DNA of 40,991 nt from an uncultured Thermoplasmata archaeon (GTDB taxonomy: Archaea > Thermoplasmatota > Thermoplasmata > Halarchaeoplasmatales > Halarchaeoplasmataceae). Positions 1 to 8,348 of this stretch are shown one piece after another; position 1 is the first letter of the stretch, and the number at the start of each line of letters is the position of its first letter. The position numbers were made by a program, and so were the translations under genes. The notes beneath the pieces are model-generated. The model was not told the DNA's origin, searched no databases, and was given only the letters and a program-made list of their open reading frames with translations. The DNA lies in contig CAYNOV010000002.1 in the NCBI GenBank assembly GCA_964398905.1, positions 1-40,991 on the forward strand. The letters are read 5' to 3'.

Positions 1-158
1 TGTTCATTTTCATCTAAATATCGAGACATCTCTCGTTCGATAGTATATTTTTTTGAAAAATGCATCTCTCATTAGGCAAAACTTCTTAAAAATAATACTA
101 CACACCGAAAAATTATAAGTAGTAAAATTACTATCTCCTAAATAATTGAGGAATCTGA

Positions 159-320
159 ATGGATAAAAAAATCCATAAGAAGATAGACAAAGACGATGAA
201 TCATTGACTATAGATGATATTCAGAAGCTGATCAAAAAGATACAGGAGGAGAATCCAGACCGAGAGGTATTCTTTGACGGCGATGAGTACGCCATATGTA
301 GTAGGAAAAAGGAAGGGTAA
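159..320 (+). CDS. small hypothetical protein (53 aa), below the ORF-track cutoff
   Basis: ATG at 159 follows an in-frame TGA (156..158). GAGGA at 148..152 lies 6 nt upstream. TAA stop at 318..320 is 3 nt before the IPK start. Hand translation: MDKKIHKKIDKDDESLTIDDIQKLIKKIQEENPDREVFFDGDEYAICSRKKEG. No family recognised. Confidence 0.3.
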   Translation: MDKKIHKKIDKDDESLTIDDIQKLIKKIQEENPDREVFFDGDEYAICSRKKEG

Positions 321-323
321 TGC

Positions 324-1076
324 TTGATATTGATCAAATTAGGCGGTAGTGTTTTAACGAATAAAGATAAAAAATATACATTTAGAACTCGAGTTGCCAA
401 AAGACTTTTGAAAGAGATAAAAACTAGTACTGTTGAAGATTACATCATCGTTCATGGTGGAGGCAGTTTTGGGCATCCGGGCGCCAAAGAATTTTCGATA
501 AATGATAGAGATTCCGATCCTTCTGCTGAGGGTCTCTCAAAGATCCAGTTGGACATGAGAAGGATGAACAATCGTGTTTTATCTTTGATGCAAGATCTTC
601 AGATGTGGGGAGTTTCTATTCCAGGCGGACTGGTCACTATCTTCAAAGCGGGCCAATTAAAAACCATCGACGAAAGTATATTCGAGAGGTATCTAGAACT
701 CGACACTATCCCTGTATCTTTTGGTGACGTTACAGTAGATCTCGAGGACGGAATGACTATTTGTTCTGGCGATGATCTGATACTTGGACTTTCTAGACTG
801 GCAGATAGGGCTATCTTCGTGAGCGATGTGGATGGGATTTATAAGCAAGGCAGAGTGGTAAAAACTTTTGACGAAAGTATGTTTCCTCTTACTTCTGAGG
901 ACGTCCCCGAAAGTAATGGAGGTATCGATGTTACTGGTGGGATGAATGAAAAAGTTAAAAAGATGTTGGATATTTCTAAAAGATGTGAAACTCATCTAGT
1001 GAACGGTGAGAAAACCGGCAGACTTAGAAAAATATTGGATGGAGAAAATGTATCATCTACGGAGGTCAGAACATGA
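324..1076 (+). CDS. isopentenyl phosphate kinase (amino-acid-kinase fold)
   Basis: N-terminus (M)ILIKLGGSV and the HGGGSFGH motif are typical of archaeal IPK. The start is TTG at 324 (alternative TTG at 330). The stop overlaps the next start as ATGA at 1073..1076. Context is IPK-IDI2-GGPPS. Confidence 0.85.
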   Translation: MILIKLGGSVLTNKDKKYTFRTRVAKRLLKEIKTSTVEDYIIVHGGGSFGHPGAKEFSINDRDSDPSAEGLSKIQLDMRRMNNRVLSLMQDLQMWGVSIPGGLVTIFKAGQLKTIDESIFERYLELDTIPVSFGDVTVDLEDGMTICSGDDLILGLSRLADRAIFVSDVDGIYKQGRVVKTFDESMFPLTSEDVPESNGGIDVTGGMNEKVKKMLDISKRCETHLVNGEKTGRLRKILDGENVSSTEVRT

Positions 1077-2113
1077 TAGAATCAAGAAAAGAAGATCATA
1101 TAAATATTTGTTTAAATGAAGATGTAGATGCTGAAAAGAATTTTTGGAATGATATTGAACTTTATCATCGTGCTGCTCCAGAGATAGATTTTGAGGATAT
1201 AAATATAGAGAAAGAATTCTTAGACAAAAAATTGTCCGCTCCGATAATGATCGCCGCGATGACTGGAGGTTACAGCGAAGCTGAAAGTTTCAACGAAAAA
1301 TTGGCTTCCGCGGCCGAAGAGGTCGGAGTAGGCTTTGGTGTCGGCAGTCAGAGAGCAGCTATCGAAAATCCCGAATTGAGAGATACTTACGAAATTATTG
1401 CAGAATATTCTCCCCCGGTAGTGATGGGTAATTTAGGTGCTCCACAATTGATAAGACAGGATGGAAATCAACCTATGGGTGTAGAAGATGCTAAAACCGC
1501 TTTGGAAATGATAGATGGTGATTATCTAGCTGTCCATTTCAATTATCTGCAGGAATCAGTCCAGCCGGAAGGTGATCTTAAAGCTAAAGGTGTTATCGAA
1601 AGTCTGAAACGTCTTTCTTCTGAGATCCCTACAATAGCTAAAGAGACTGGAGCAGGTGTTTCCACTGAAATGGCTTTAACTTTTCAGGATGCTGGAGTCA
1701 AAGCGATAGATGTTGGTGGAAGAGGAGGGACCTCGTTCTCAGCTGTTGAACATTTTAGGAACGAAAGGTCCGACATGAAAAACATATCTAAGAACCTTTG
1801 GGATTGGGGTATTCCTACACCGGTTTCAGTGATCGAATGCAGGGGTTCAGTTTCGTTGCCGTTGATAGCCACTGGAGGTATAAGAAACGGTATTCAAATA
1901 GCTAAGGCCATCGTTCTTGGGGCAGATATAGTAGGAATAGCAGGAGGAGTTTTAGACGCATTGGCTGAAGATGAAAAAAGCGTGCAGGAATATCTCCAGA
2001 GGGTGATCCGGGAACTGAAGACGGTGATGTTCTTATTGGGTTGTGACGACCTTGACGATCTTTTGCGTGTTAAGAAGGTCATCTCAGGGGATCTAAAGGA
2101 TTGGATGAAGTGA
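1073..2113 (+). CDS. fni: isopentenyl-diphosphate delta-isomerase, type 2 (FMN-dependent)
   Basis: 346 aa TIM-barrel flavoprotein pattern: MTGG, ETGAGVS, GGRGGTSF, ATGGIRNG. Translationally coupled to IPK. Confidence 0.9.
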   Translation: MIESRKEDHINICLNEDVDAEKNFWNDIELYHRAAPEIDFEDINIEKEFLDKKLSAPIMIAAMTGGYSEAESFNEKLASAAEEVGVGFGVGSQRAAIENPELRDTYEIIAEYSPPVVMGNLGAPQLIRQDGNQPMGVEDAKTALEMIDGDYLAVHFNYLQESVQPEGDLKAKGVIESLKRLSSEIPTIAKETGAGVSTEMALTFQDAGVKAIDVGGRGGTSFSAVEHFRNERSDMKNISKNLWDWGIPTPVSVIECRGSVSLPLIATGGIRNGIQIAKAIVLGADIVGIAGGVLDALAEDEKSVQEYLQRVIRELKTVMFLLGCDDLDDLLRVKKVISGDLKDWMK

Positions 2114-2131
2114 TTTTTGGAGAGGATAATC

Positions 2132-3115
2132 ATGGATATGATAAAAGAATTAGAAGATAGGAAGGAACTTATCGATAGAAAGATAAAACAACTGTTTGAA
2201 GATAAGAAAGATCATCAACTTTGGAAATCTATGGCGTATTATCCTGAATCGGGTGGAAAAAAACTAAGACCTTTTTTGACTATGGTTTCCACGGGAGCTT
2301 TTGGTGAATCAGAGGAAAAGGCCATCCCTTATGCATTGGCTCTAGAGCTCGTTCACAATTTCACTTTAGTCCATGATGACATAATGGATCAAGACGAACT
2401 CAGAAGAGGAGAACCAACTCTCTATAGAAAAGTTGGAGACGCCCATGCTATCAATGCCGGTGACGGTCTTTTCGCATTAGCGTTCAATATATTGACTCAG
2501 ATGGAAGTAGATGATGAGAAGATAGTAAAATTACTTGACGAATTATCATCCTCCGTTCTCAGAATAGCAGAAGGACAAGAAGAAGATCTCAGTTTTGAAA
2601 GAGATTTCGATATCGAAGAAGATGATTTCATACAGATGATAGAAAAGAAAACCGCCTATCTTTTCAGAGCTTCTACAAGAGGTGGGGCGGTAATCGCTGG
2701 TTGTAACGAAGAAGAGATCGAAGCGATCGGTGAGTACGCTAGAAAGATGGGTATAGCCTTCCAGATACAGGACGATTATCTTGATCTTGTCGGAGACGAG
2801 GGTAAGATCGGAAAAGACGTTGGTAGCGATATCAAAGAAGGTAAAAGGACCTTGATGGTAATCAAAGCCCTATCTGAGTTGACTGGAGAAAGAGCCGATA
2901 GACTCTTAGATATCCTTGAAAAAGATGACAATACAAAGGCAGAGATAGAAGAGGCTATCGATCTTTTTGAGGATGCAGGAGCTATAGAGTATTCTAGAAA
3001 CTTAGCTAGAAACTACGCATCCCAGGCAAAAGCCGAATTGAGTGTTGTTCCAGATAACGAATATAAAAAGATACTAGAAGAGCTAGTCGATTTCGTTATC
3101 AACCGAGATAGGTAA
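2132..3115 (+). CDS. idsA: geranylgeranyl diphosphate synthase (short-chain trans-prenyltransferase)
   Basis: First Asp-rich motif is DDIMDQD and the second is DDYLD. Phe lies 5 residues before the first motif, consistent with a C20 product. The track start at 2117 is TTG. ATG at 2132 has GGAGAGG about 6 nt upstream, so I prefer it. Confidence 0.85.
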   Translation: MDMIKELEDRKELIDRKIKQLFEDKKDHQLWKSMAYYPESGGKKLRPFLTMVSTGAFGESEEKAIPYALALELVHNFTLVHDDIMDQDELRRGEPTLYRKVGDAHAINAGDGLFALAFNILTQMEVDDEKIVKLLDELSSSVLRIAEGQEEDLSFERDFDIEEDDFIQMIEKKTAYLFRASTRGGAVIAGCNEEEIEAIGEYARKMGIAFQIQDDYLDLVGDEGKIGKDVGSDIKEGKRTLMVIKALSELTGERADRLLDILEKDDNTKAEIEEAIDLFEDAGAIEYSRNLARNYASQAKAELSVVPDNEYKKILEELVDFVINRDR

Positions 3116-3131
3116 AAACTCTTGCGATCAT

Positions 3132-5372
3132 TCAATCTTCTTCATCTTCTTGATATTTCCTTTTGAACTCGCTCTTCTCTATCTCTTCTAAGAGTTCTTT
3201 TAATACTTCTTGGGTTTCCTGCAGGTCTTCGAAATCTCCTCTCTTTTCCAATTCTTCAGCCTGTCTTTCTAATTTCATTTCTTTTCTCCTCAATTCATCT
3301 TCCTTTTCCTTTAGAGTTTTCTCCCAATCTTCTAGATCCTCTTCTCTTTTGTCTAGGTCATCTTCTAGTGACTCTAGATTTAATTCATGTTCGTCAAGAT
3401 ACTCCTTTCGCTGATCTAGTTCTTCTTCTAGTTCTTTCAAATTTTCTTCTCTCTGTTGGAGTTCTTTTTCTCTCTCAGAGATGCTTTCTTCTAGAGAATT
3501 AATATCATTCTCTTTTTGCTCTAATTCATCTCTTCTACTTTTCAGATCTTTTTCAAGCTCATCTAATTGTTTTGCCTTTTCGTCTAACCTTTCTTCCTCT
3601 ATGCCCAGTTCGTCTTCGAAGGACTGTAGATCACTTTCTCTTTCATCCAATTTTCTTCTACTCTCTTTAAGTCGTTCCTCCAATTCGGCAATTTCATCTT
3701 CTTTTTCCTTCAAATCTTCATCTTTATCTTCTAGTTGCTCTTCTAGAGTATCTAGATCATCTTCTCGATCTTTTAGACTTTCTTTTCTGTCTTCTAATTC
3801 CCTCTTTAAGTTTTCTAGTTCTTCTTCTCTCTCATCTAGATCCTTTTCTTTTTCATCTAAATCTTCCTTACGCTCATCGAGTTCTTTTTCATAGTTTGAG
3901 AGTTCAACTTTCTTCTCATCTAGATCTTCCGCTTTCTCTTCCAGCTGCTCTTCTAGAGAATCTAGATCCTCTTCTCGATCCTTTAGACTTTCCTTGAACT
4001 GATCGAGTTCCTTTTCCAATTCTTCTAATTCATTTTCTTTATCTAAGACTTTTTGCTCTTTCTCATCTAGATTTTCTTTTATAGAGTCGAGATCATCTTT
4101 CTTCTCATCCAATTCATCTCTGCGATCATCGAGTTGTTTTTCATACTCGGAAAGTTCGTTTTCCCTTTCATCTAGATTTTCTGCTTTCTCTTCCAGCTGC
4201 TTTTCTAGTGAGTTGAGGTCTTCTTCTTTTTCACTTATACTTTCTTTTCTACTTTCCAGTTCACTTTCCATCTCTTGCAATTCGCTTTCTTTATCTTTCA
4301 GATTTTGTTCCCTTTCCTCGAGTTCCTGTTGTAGAGATTTAAGATCGTCCTCACGTTCGTTTATATCTTCCTTTTGTTCTTCGATCTCTTTTTTGATCTC
4401 TTCAAGTTCATCTTCTTTTTCCTCTATTTTTTTATCTTTAGCTTCTAAGTCGTTTTCGAAAGATTCTAGGTCCTTTTCTCTTTCATCTAAACTTTCTTTT
4501 CTTTTTTCCAGTTCACTTTCCATCTCTTTTAACTCGGTCTCCCTTCCTTCCAATTCCTCCCTTCTCTCTTCCAGTTCATCCTTCAAGGAAGCGAGTTCGT
4601 CTTCCTGTATAACCAACTTTTCATTCCTTTCATCGAGTTGTTCTTCGTAATCAGAGAGTTCTTCTTCTTTCTCGGCGAGATTTTCTTCTTTTTCTTGCAG
4701 TTCTTTCTCTAGCGTATCTAAATCATCCTGTCTCTGATCTAGCCCCTCTTCTCTGCCATCTAGTTCTTCTTTCCGTTCCATAAGATATTCTTCTTTATCC
4801 TCTAAATCTTGTTCCTTTTCATCTAGTTCTTCTTCGAAGGAATCGAGGTCATTTTTACGCTGGTTCATCTCATCTTCTCGTTCGTTCAGTCTTTTTTCCA
4901 AAGAATTCAATCCGTCTTCCCTCTCATCTAAATTCTCCTTGAACTGATCTAATTCCTCACCCAGTTCTTCAAGATCTGTTTCTTTATCCTTTAAAGTTTC
5001 CTCCCTGTTGTCCAATCTATTTTCTCTCTCATCGAGGTCCTCTACACGTTCATCGAGTTGTTTCTCAAATTCGTTGAGTTCGTCTGTTCTATCATCTAAT
5101 CTAGCTTCGCGCTCATCGATCTCATCTTTTAGGTTAGTCAGTTCATTTTCTTTTTCTTTTAATTCTTCCTTTCTTTCGTCCAATTCATTTTCTTTGGTCT
5201 TTAAATCTTCCTTCCATTTGTCTAGATTTCTTTCCCTGTTCTCTAGATCCTCTTCCCAGGATTCTAAATTGATTTCTCTACTGTCAAGATCTCCCTTTCT
5301 TCGTTCAAGCTGAGTTTGGAACTCATCCAATTCTTCTTTTCTGTCGTCAAGTTTCATTTCAAAAGAGTCCAA
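3132..5372 (-). CDS. giant acidic coiled-coil protein, downstream segment; in frame with ORF 5436..8357 across one TAG
   Basis: 746 codons of E/K/D/R-rich heptads with Leu at every 7th residue. The track 'M' at 5372 is TTG, and the first ATG is at 5357. It shares a frame with the upstream ORF (5438-5372=66). TGA stop at 3132..3134. Confidence 0.7.
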   Translation of the reverse strand: MDSFEMKLDDRKEELDEFQTQLERRKGDLDSREINLESWEEDLENRERNLDKWKEDLKTKENELDERKEELKEKENELTNLKDEIDEREARLDDRTDELNEFEKQLDERVEDLDERENRLDNREETLKDKETDLEELGEELDQFKENLDEREDGLNSLEKRLNEREDEMNQRKNDLDSFEEELDEKEQDLEDKEEYLMERKEELDGREEGLDQRQDDLDTLEKELQEKEENLAEKEEELSDYEEQLDERNEKLVIQEDELASLKDELEERREELEGRETELKEMESELEKRKESLDEREKDLESFENDLEAKDKKIEEKEDELEEIKKEIEEQKEDINEREDDLKSLQQELEEREQNLKDKESELQEMESELESRKESISEKEEDLNSLEKQLEEKAENLDERENELSEYEKQLDDRRDELDEKKDDLDSIKENLDEKEQKVLDKENELEELEKELDQFKESLKDREEDLDSLEEQLEEKAEDLDEKKVELSNYEKELDERKEDLDEKEKDLDEREEELENLKRELEDRKESLKDREDDLDTLEEQLEDKDEDLKEKEDEIAELEERLKESRRKLDERESDLQSFEDELGIEEERLDEKAKQLDELEKDLKSRRDELEQKENDINSLEESISEREKELQQREENLKELEEELDQRKEYLDEHELNLESLEDDLDKREEDLEDWEKTLKEKEDELRRKEMKLERQAEELEKRGDFEDLQETQEVLKELLEEIEKSEFKRKYQEDEED
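3736..4208 (-). repeat. near-identical intragenic DNA copies at 210-nt and 252-nt offsets (70-aa and 84-aa super-repeats)
   Basis: 3736..3782 versus 3946..3992: 44 of 47 nt identical, offset 210. 3916..3956 versus 4168..4208: 38 of 41 nt identical, offset 252. Both were compared by hand. Confidence 0.8.
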
Positions 5373-5435
5373 ATTTTCTTTTCTCCTGTCAAGGTCATCT
5401 TCGATATTTTCTAGTTTTTCCCATTCATTTTCTAT

Positions 5436-8348
5436 CTAATTTTTTGCCTTGACCAAATCGTTTTCTTTTTCATCCAATTCTGCATCTCTTTCTTTTATTT
5501 TTTCGGCTCTATGCTCAAGTTCGTTTTCCCACCCTTCGATCTTGACTTCTTTCATGTCGATTTTATTTTCACGTCTCTCTAAACTCTGCTGCCAATCCTC
5601 TAGATTATCCTTCTTTTCATCTAGATCTGACTCGATAGAATCTAAATCTTCTTTTCTTTCTATCAGTTCGTTTTGAAGTTCTACAAGCTCATCTTCGCGT
5701 TTATTCAAGACCTCATTATAGGAATCTAGTTTTTCTTCACGTTGGTCCAAATGGTCTTCCAATTGAAGGATCGACTCTTCGAGCTCCAAGATACGATCCT
5801 CGACTTTGTTCAAGCCATCTTCTTTTCTGTTCAAACGGTCTGACTTCTCTGAAAGATGTTTTTCCTTTTCATTCAAGCGTTTGTCTCTCTCCTCTAGCTG
5901 ACTCTCTTTCTTATCTAAATTGTTATTTAGTTCATCGAGTTTTTTCTTACGTTTATCTTGTTCTTTCTCTCTACTTTCAACACTTTTTTCTCTTTGTTGT
6001 ATGGTGTTACTCCATGTATCTATATATTCCTCTCTTTCTGTCACTTTAGACTCCAATTCGTCAAGGGTATTTTCTCTTTCTTCGAGTTTTTCTTCAAATG
6101 AGTCTAGAACCTCTTCTCTCTTCTCTACTATATTTTCTCTTTTTTCTACTTTTGAATTCTTTTCTTCCAATTCTACATTTTTTTCATCCAATCGCTTCTC
6201 TAGGTCTTTTAGCTCTGTTTCCCAATCCTTGAGATAACCTTCTTTTTCATTCAGATCCTCCTGTCGATTATCCAGTTTTTCACTTCTAGTTTCTAGACTA
6301 AGATACATCTCATTAAGAGCATTTTCTATGTTACCAAGTTCTTCCTCCCAAGTCTTCAAGCTCTCTTCCCTTTCATCCATCGCCTCATCTAATTTTTGGA
6401 TCTTATCCAATCTATTTTCAAGTTTATCTTCATAATTTTCCAAACTTTCTTTCCTTCCAGTAAGATCAGTTTCCCATTCCTCTAATTGGGTCTCTCTAAG
6501 ATCAAGGTCGAATTGATGATCGGCTAGATCTTCTTCCCATCTCTGCAATCTTTCATCCTTGTTTTCTAATTCCTTTTGTTTGACCTCTATTTTCTTTTCT
6601 TCTTCATTTATCGATTCTTTTCTCTCATCAAGCAATTCTTCTGTTTTCTTCAATTCTTCTTCCTTTTCTTTTAATTTGCTTTCAATCTCTTCGATATTAC
6701 CTTCTCTTCTTTCCAGTTTCTCTCGTTTCTCCGTTATATCTTCTTCTTTTCTATCGAGAATTGTTTCTCTTTTAGAGAGTTTTTCATCTTTATCGCTTAA
6801 TTGTTCTTCCCACCCCTCTAATTCGACTTCTTTCAGGTCTAGAATCCTTTCTTTTTCTTTCAGCCGTTCATCCTTATCTTCTATAGCCTCTTCTCTTTTG
6901 TCGATTTCGAGTGAACGTTGATCTAATTTTTCCATCCTAGTTTCTAATTCATCTTCGAGCTTTTCAAGAGAGCCCTCTTGTTTTTCTAGTGTTTGTTCTT
7001 TTTCCTCAAGAGTCTCTTTTAGATCGGTCAATCGATCCTCTTTTTCGTCTAGATCGGATTCTCTTTTTTCGACTTCTTCCATCTGTTCTTCTACATCTTC
7101 TTCAAAATTTTCTAGATGTTCTTCAAGCTCTTCAAGATTTGTTTCTCTTATGTCTAATCTGGTACCTCTTTCTCTCAGTTCTTTCCTCTCTCTTTCTAAA
7201 TTTTTCTCTCTTTCTTTGATCTCTCTTTCCTTCTGGGAATATTCTTTCTCTAGAGCTTCAAGTTCCTCCATTCTATTTTCTATTTTCTCTTCTTTGGATT
7301 CCAATTCTTCCTCTTTCTCCTCGAGTTCCCCTTCTATGTCTTCTATTTCAGCCTCTCTTTGGTCCAGACTTCTTCTTTCCTTTTGGAGTTCTTCTTTACC
7401 TTCTTCGATCTCTCCTTTTATCTCATCGATCTCCTTTCTTTCCTTCTTTATCTCTGCCAGATCTGATTTTATTTTTCTTTCTCTATTGCTGATGCTCGAT
7501 TTTATTTGATCTAGATTTTTTTTCTTTTCCTTCAACTTCTTTTCTCGCTCATCCAACCCCTTCTCTCTTTCCTGGATACGATCCTTTTTTTTCTCAGCCA
7601 ACTCTATCTCTTTTTTCAATTCTTTCTTTTTCTTTTCTAGCTCTTTCGTCTCCGATCTGTTGTTTTCTAGTTCATCTTTCCAATCTTCTAGCTCTGTTTT
7701 GAATCGATTCAGTCTATTTTCTTTCCTCTCAAGCATCATCTCCTTTTTCAGAAGAGACTTGATAATACCTATAGTGCCCCCGTTTATATCCTGAAGAACA
7801 TCTAAGTCCTCTTCATCGAGATCTTCGACACTCAGATCCTTCTCGACCTCTTTCTCCGCGAGCACCTCATCAATTATCTCCTGCTCATCGTATCCTTCAA
7901 AGTTCCCATCTTTTATGAGATCGCCTTCAGGTCTTTCATCTAGGTTTGAATCTTCTTGAGCGGCAGAACTCAACTCAGTGAAAAGTTCTATATCTACATC
8001 CTCTTCGATTTTACAGTTTTCAAATTTAGATATGACTTGACCCATATAAAAATTTGAAGAGCGGGCACAAGAATAGAGTTCTAGGACAGAGTTTTTGTCG
8101 TAAGAGATCCGAGCCATTTCAGTAAAAGCTTCCTTTCCTTTTTTAGATTCACCGTTTTCTTCAAGGCGTGCAGCAGCCGGCACACCATCTTTTAATATTA
8201 TCACACCTTCAATTTTTGAATCTTCATCATCAAAATCAACTTTGAGATAGCCATCGAGTCCCCGCCGTTCTATATCCGATATGATATTTTTAACGGATTC
8301 TATACCTCCCATGCTCGTTGAAATCCTCTTGCCGGCTGGTATCTCCAT
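5436..8348 (-). CDS. giant acidic coiled-coil protein, upstream segment (globular N-terminal head, acidic linker, heptad array), ending at an in-frame TAG
   Basis: The track start at 8357 is GTG. ATG at 8348 has AGGTG 6 nt upstream, so I prefer it. About 120 aa of mixed-composition head and about 75 aa of acidic linker are followed by roughly 770 aa of heptads. Stop is TAG at 5436..5438. Confidence 0.75.
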   Translation of the reverse strand: MEIPAGKRISTSMGGIESVKNIISDIERRGLDGYLKVDFDDEDSKIEGVIILKDGVPAAARLEENGESKKGKEAFTEMARISYDKNSVLELYSCARSSNFYMGQVISKFENCKIEEDVDIELFTELSSAAQEDSNLDERPEGDLIKDGNFEGYDEQEIIDEVLAEKEVEKDLSVEDLDEEDLDVLQDINGGTIGIIKSLLKKEMMLERKENRLNRFKTELEDWKDELENNRSETKELEKKKKELKKEIELAEKKKDRIQEREKGLDEREKKLKEKKKNLDQIKSSISNRERKIKSDLAEIKKERKEIDEIKGEIEEGKEELQKERRSLDQREAEIEDIEGELEEKEEELESKEEKIENRMEELEALEKEYSQKEREIKEREKNLERERKELRERGTRLDIRETNLEELEEHLENFEEDVEEQMEEVEKRESDLDEKEDRLTDLKETLEEKEQTLEKQEGSLEKLEDELETRMEKLDQRSLEIDKREEAIEDKDERLKEKERILDLKEVELEGWEEQLSDKDEKLSKRETILDRKEEDITEKREKLERREGNIEEIESKLKEKEEELKKTEELLDERKESINEEEKKIEVKQKELENKDERLQRWEEDLADHQFDLDLRETQLEEWETDLTGRKESLENYEDKLENRLDKIQKLDEAMDEREESLKTWEEELGNIENALNEMYLSLETRSEKLDNRQEDLNEKEGYLKDWETELKDLEKRLDEKNVELEEKNSKVEKRENIVEKREEVLDSFEEKLEERENTLDELESKVTEREEYIDTWSNTIQQREKSVESREKEQDKRKKKLDELNNNLDKKESQLEERDKRLNEKEKHLSEKSDRLNRKEDGLNKVEDRILELEESILQLEDHLDQREEKLDSYNEVLNKREDELVELQNELIERKEDLDSIESDLDEKKDNLEDWQQSLERRENKIDMKEVKIEGWENELEHRAEKIKERDAELDEKENDLVKAKN

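Noticed and set aside
10-204. 64-aa minus-strand ORF at the window start.
   Set aside because: It is an aromatic/hydrophobic low-complexity product in an AT-rich promoter-like region. It overlaps the better-supported small plus-strand ORF at 159..320, and I see no ribosome-binding site or family resemblance.
5436-5438. Interpretation of the in-frame TAG as genome-wide pyrrolysine recoding.
   Set aside because: It is not excluded but is disfavoured. By hand count TAG terminates 6 of the other 43 CDS here, each followed closely by further stops or another gene. UAG therefore behaves as an ordinary stop in this window. No pyl genes or methylamine methyltransferase genes are present here.
3163-7509. 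Many plus-strand ORFs of 75-145 aa rich in Ser/Phe/Leu (3163..3414, 3481..3894, 4213..4650, 5008..5313, 5449..5676, 5920..6237, 6559..6921, 6989..7219, 7150..7509).
   Set aside because: They are antisense shadows of the GAA/GAG/AAG-rich coiled-coil genes, because TTC, CTC and CTT read as F, L and S. They have low complexity, no start context, and lie fully inside a far more convincing minus-strand frame.
3132-7750. Periodic repeats that could suggest a CRISPR array or satellite.
   Set aside because: The periodicity is 21 nt (heptads) with 210/252-nt super-repeats lying entirely within one open reading frame. There is no repeat-spacer architecture.
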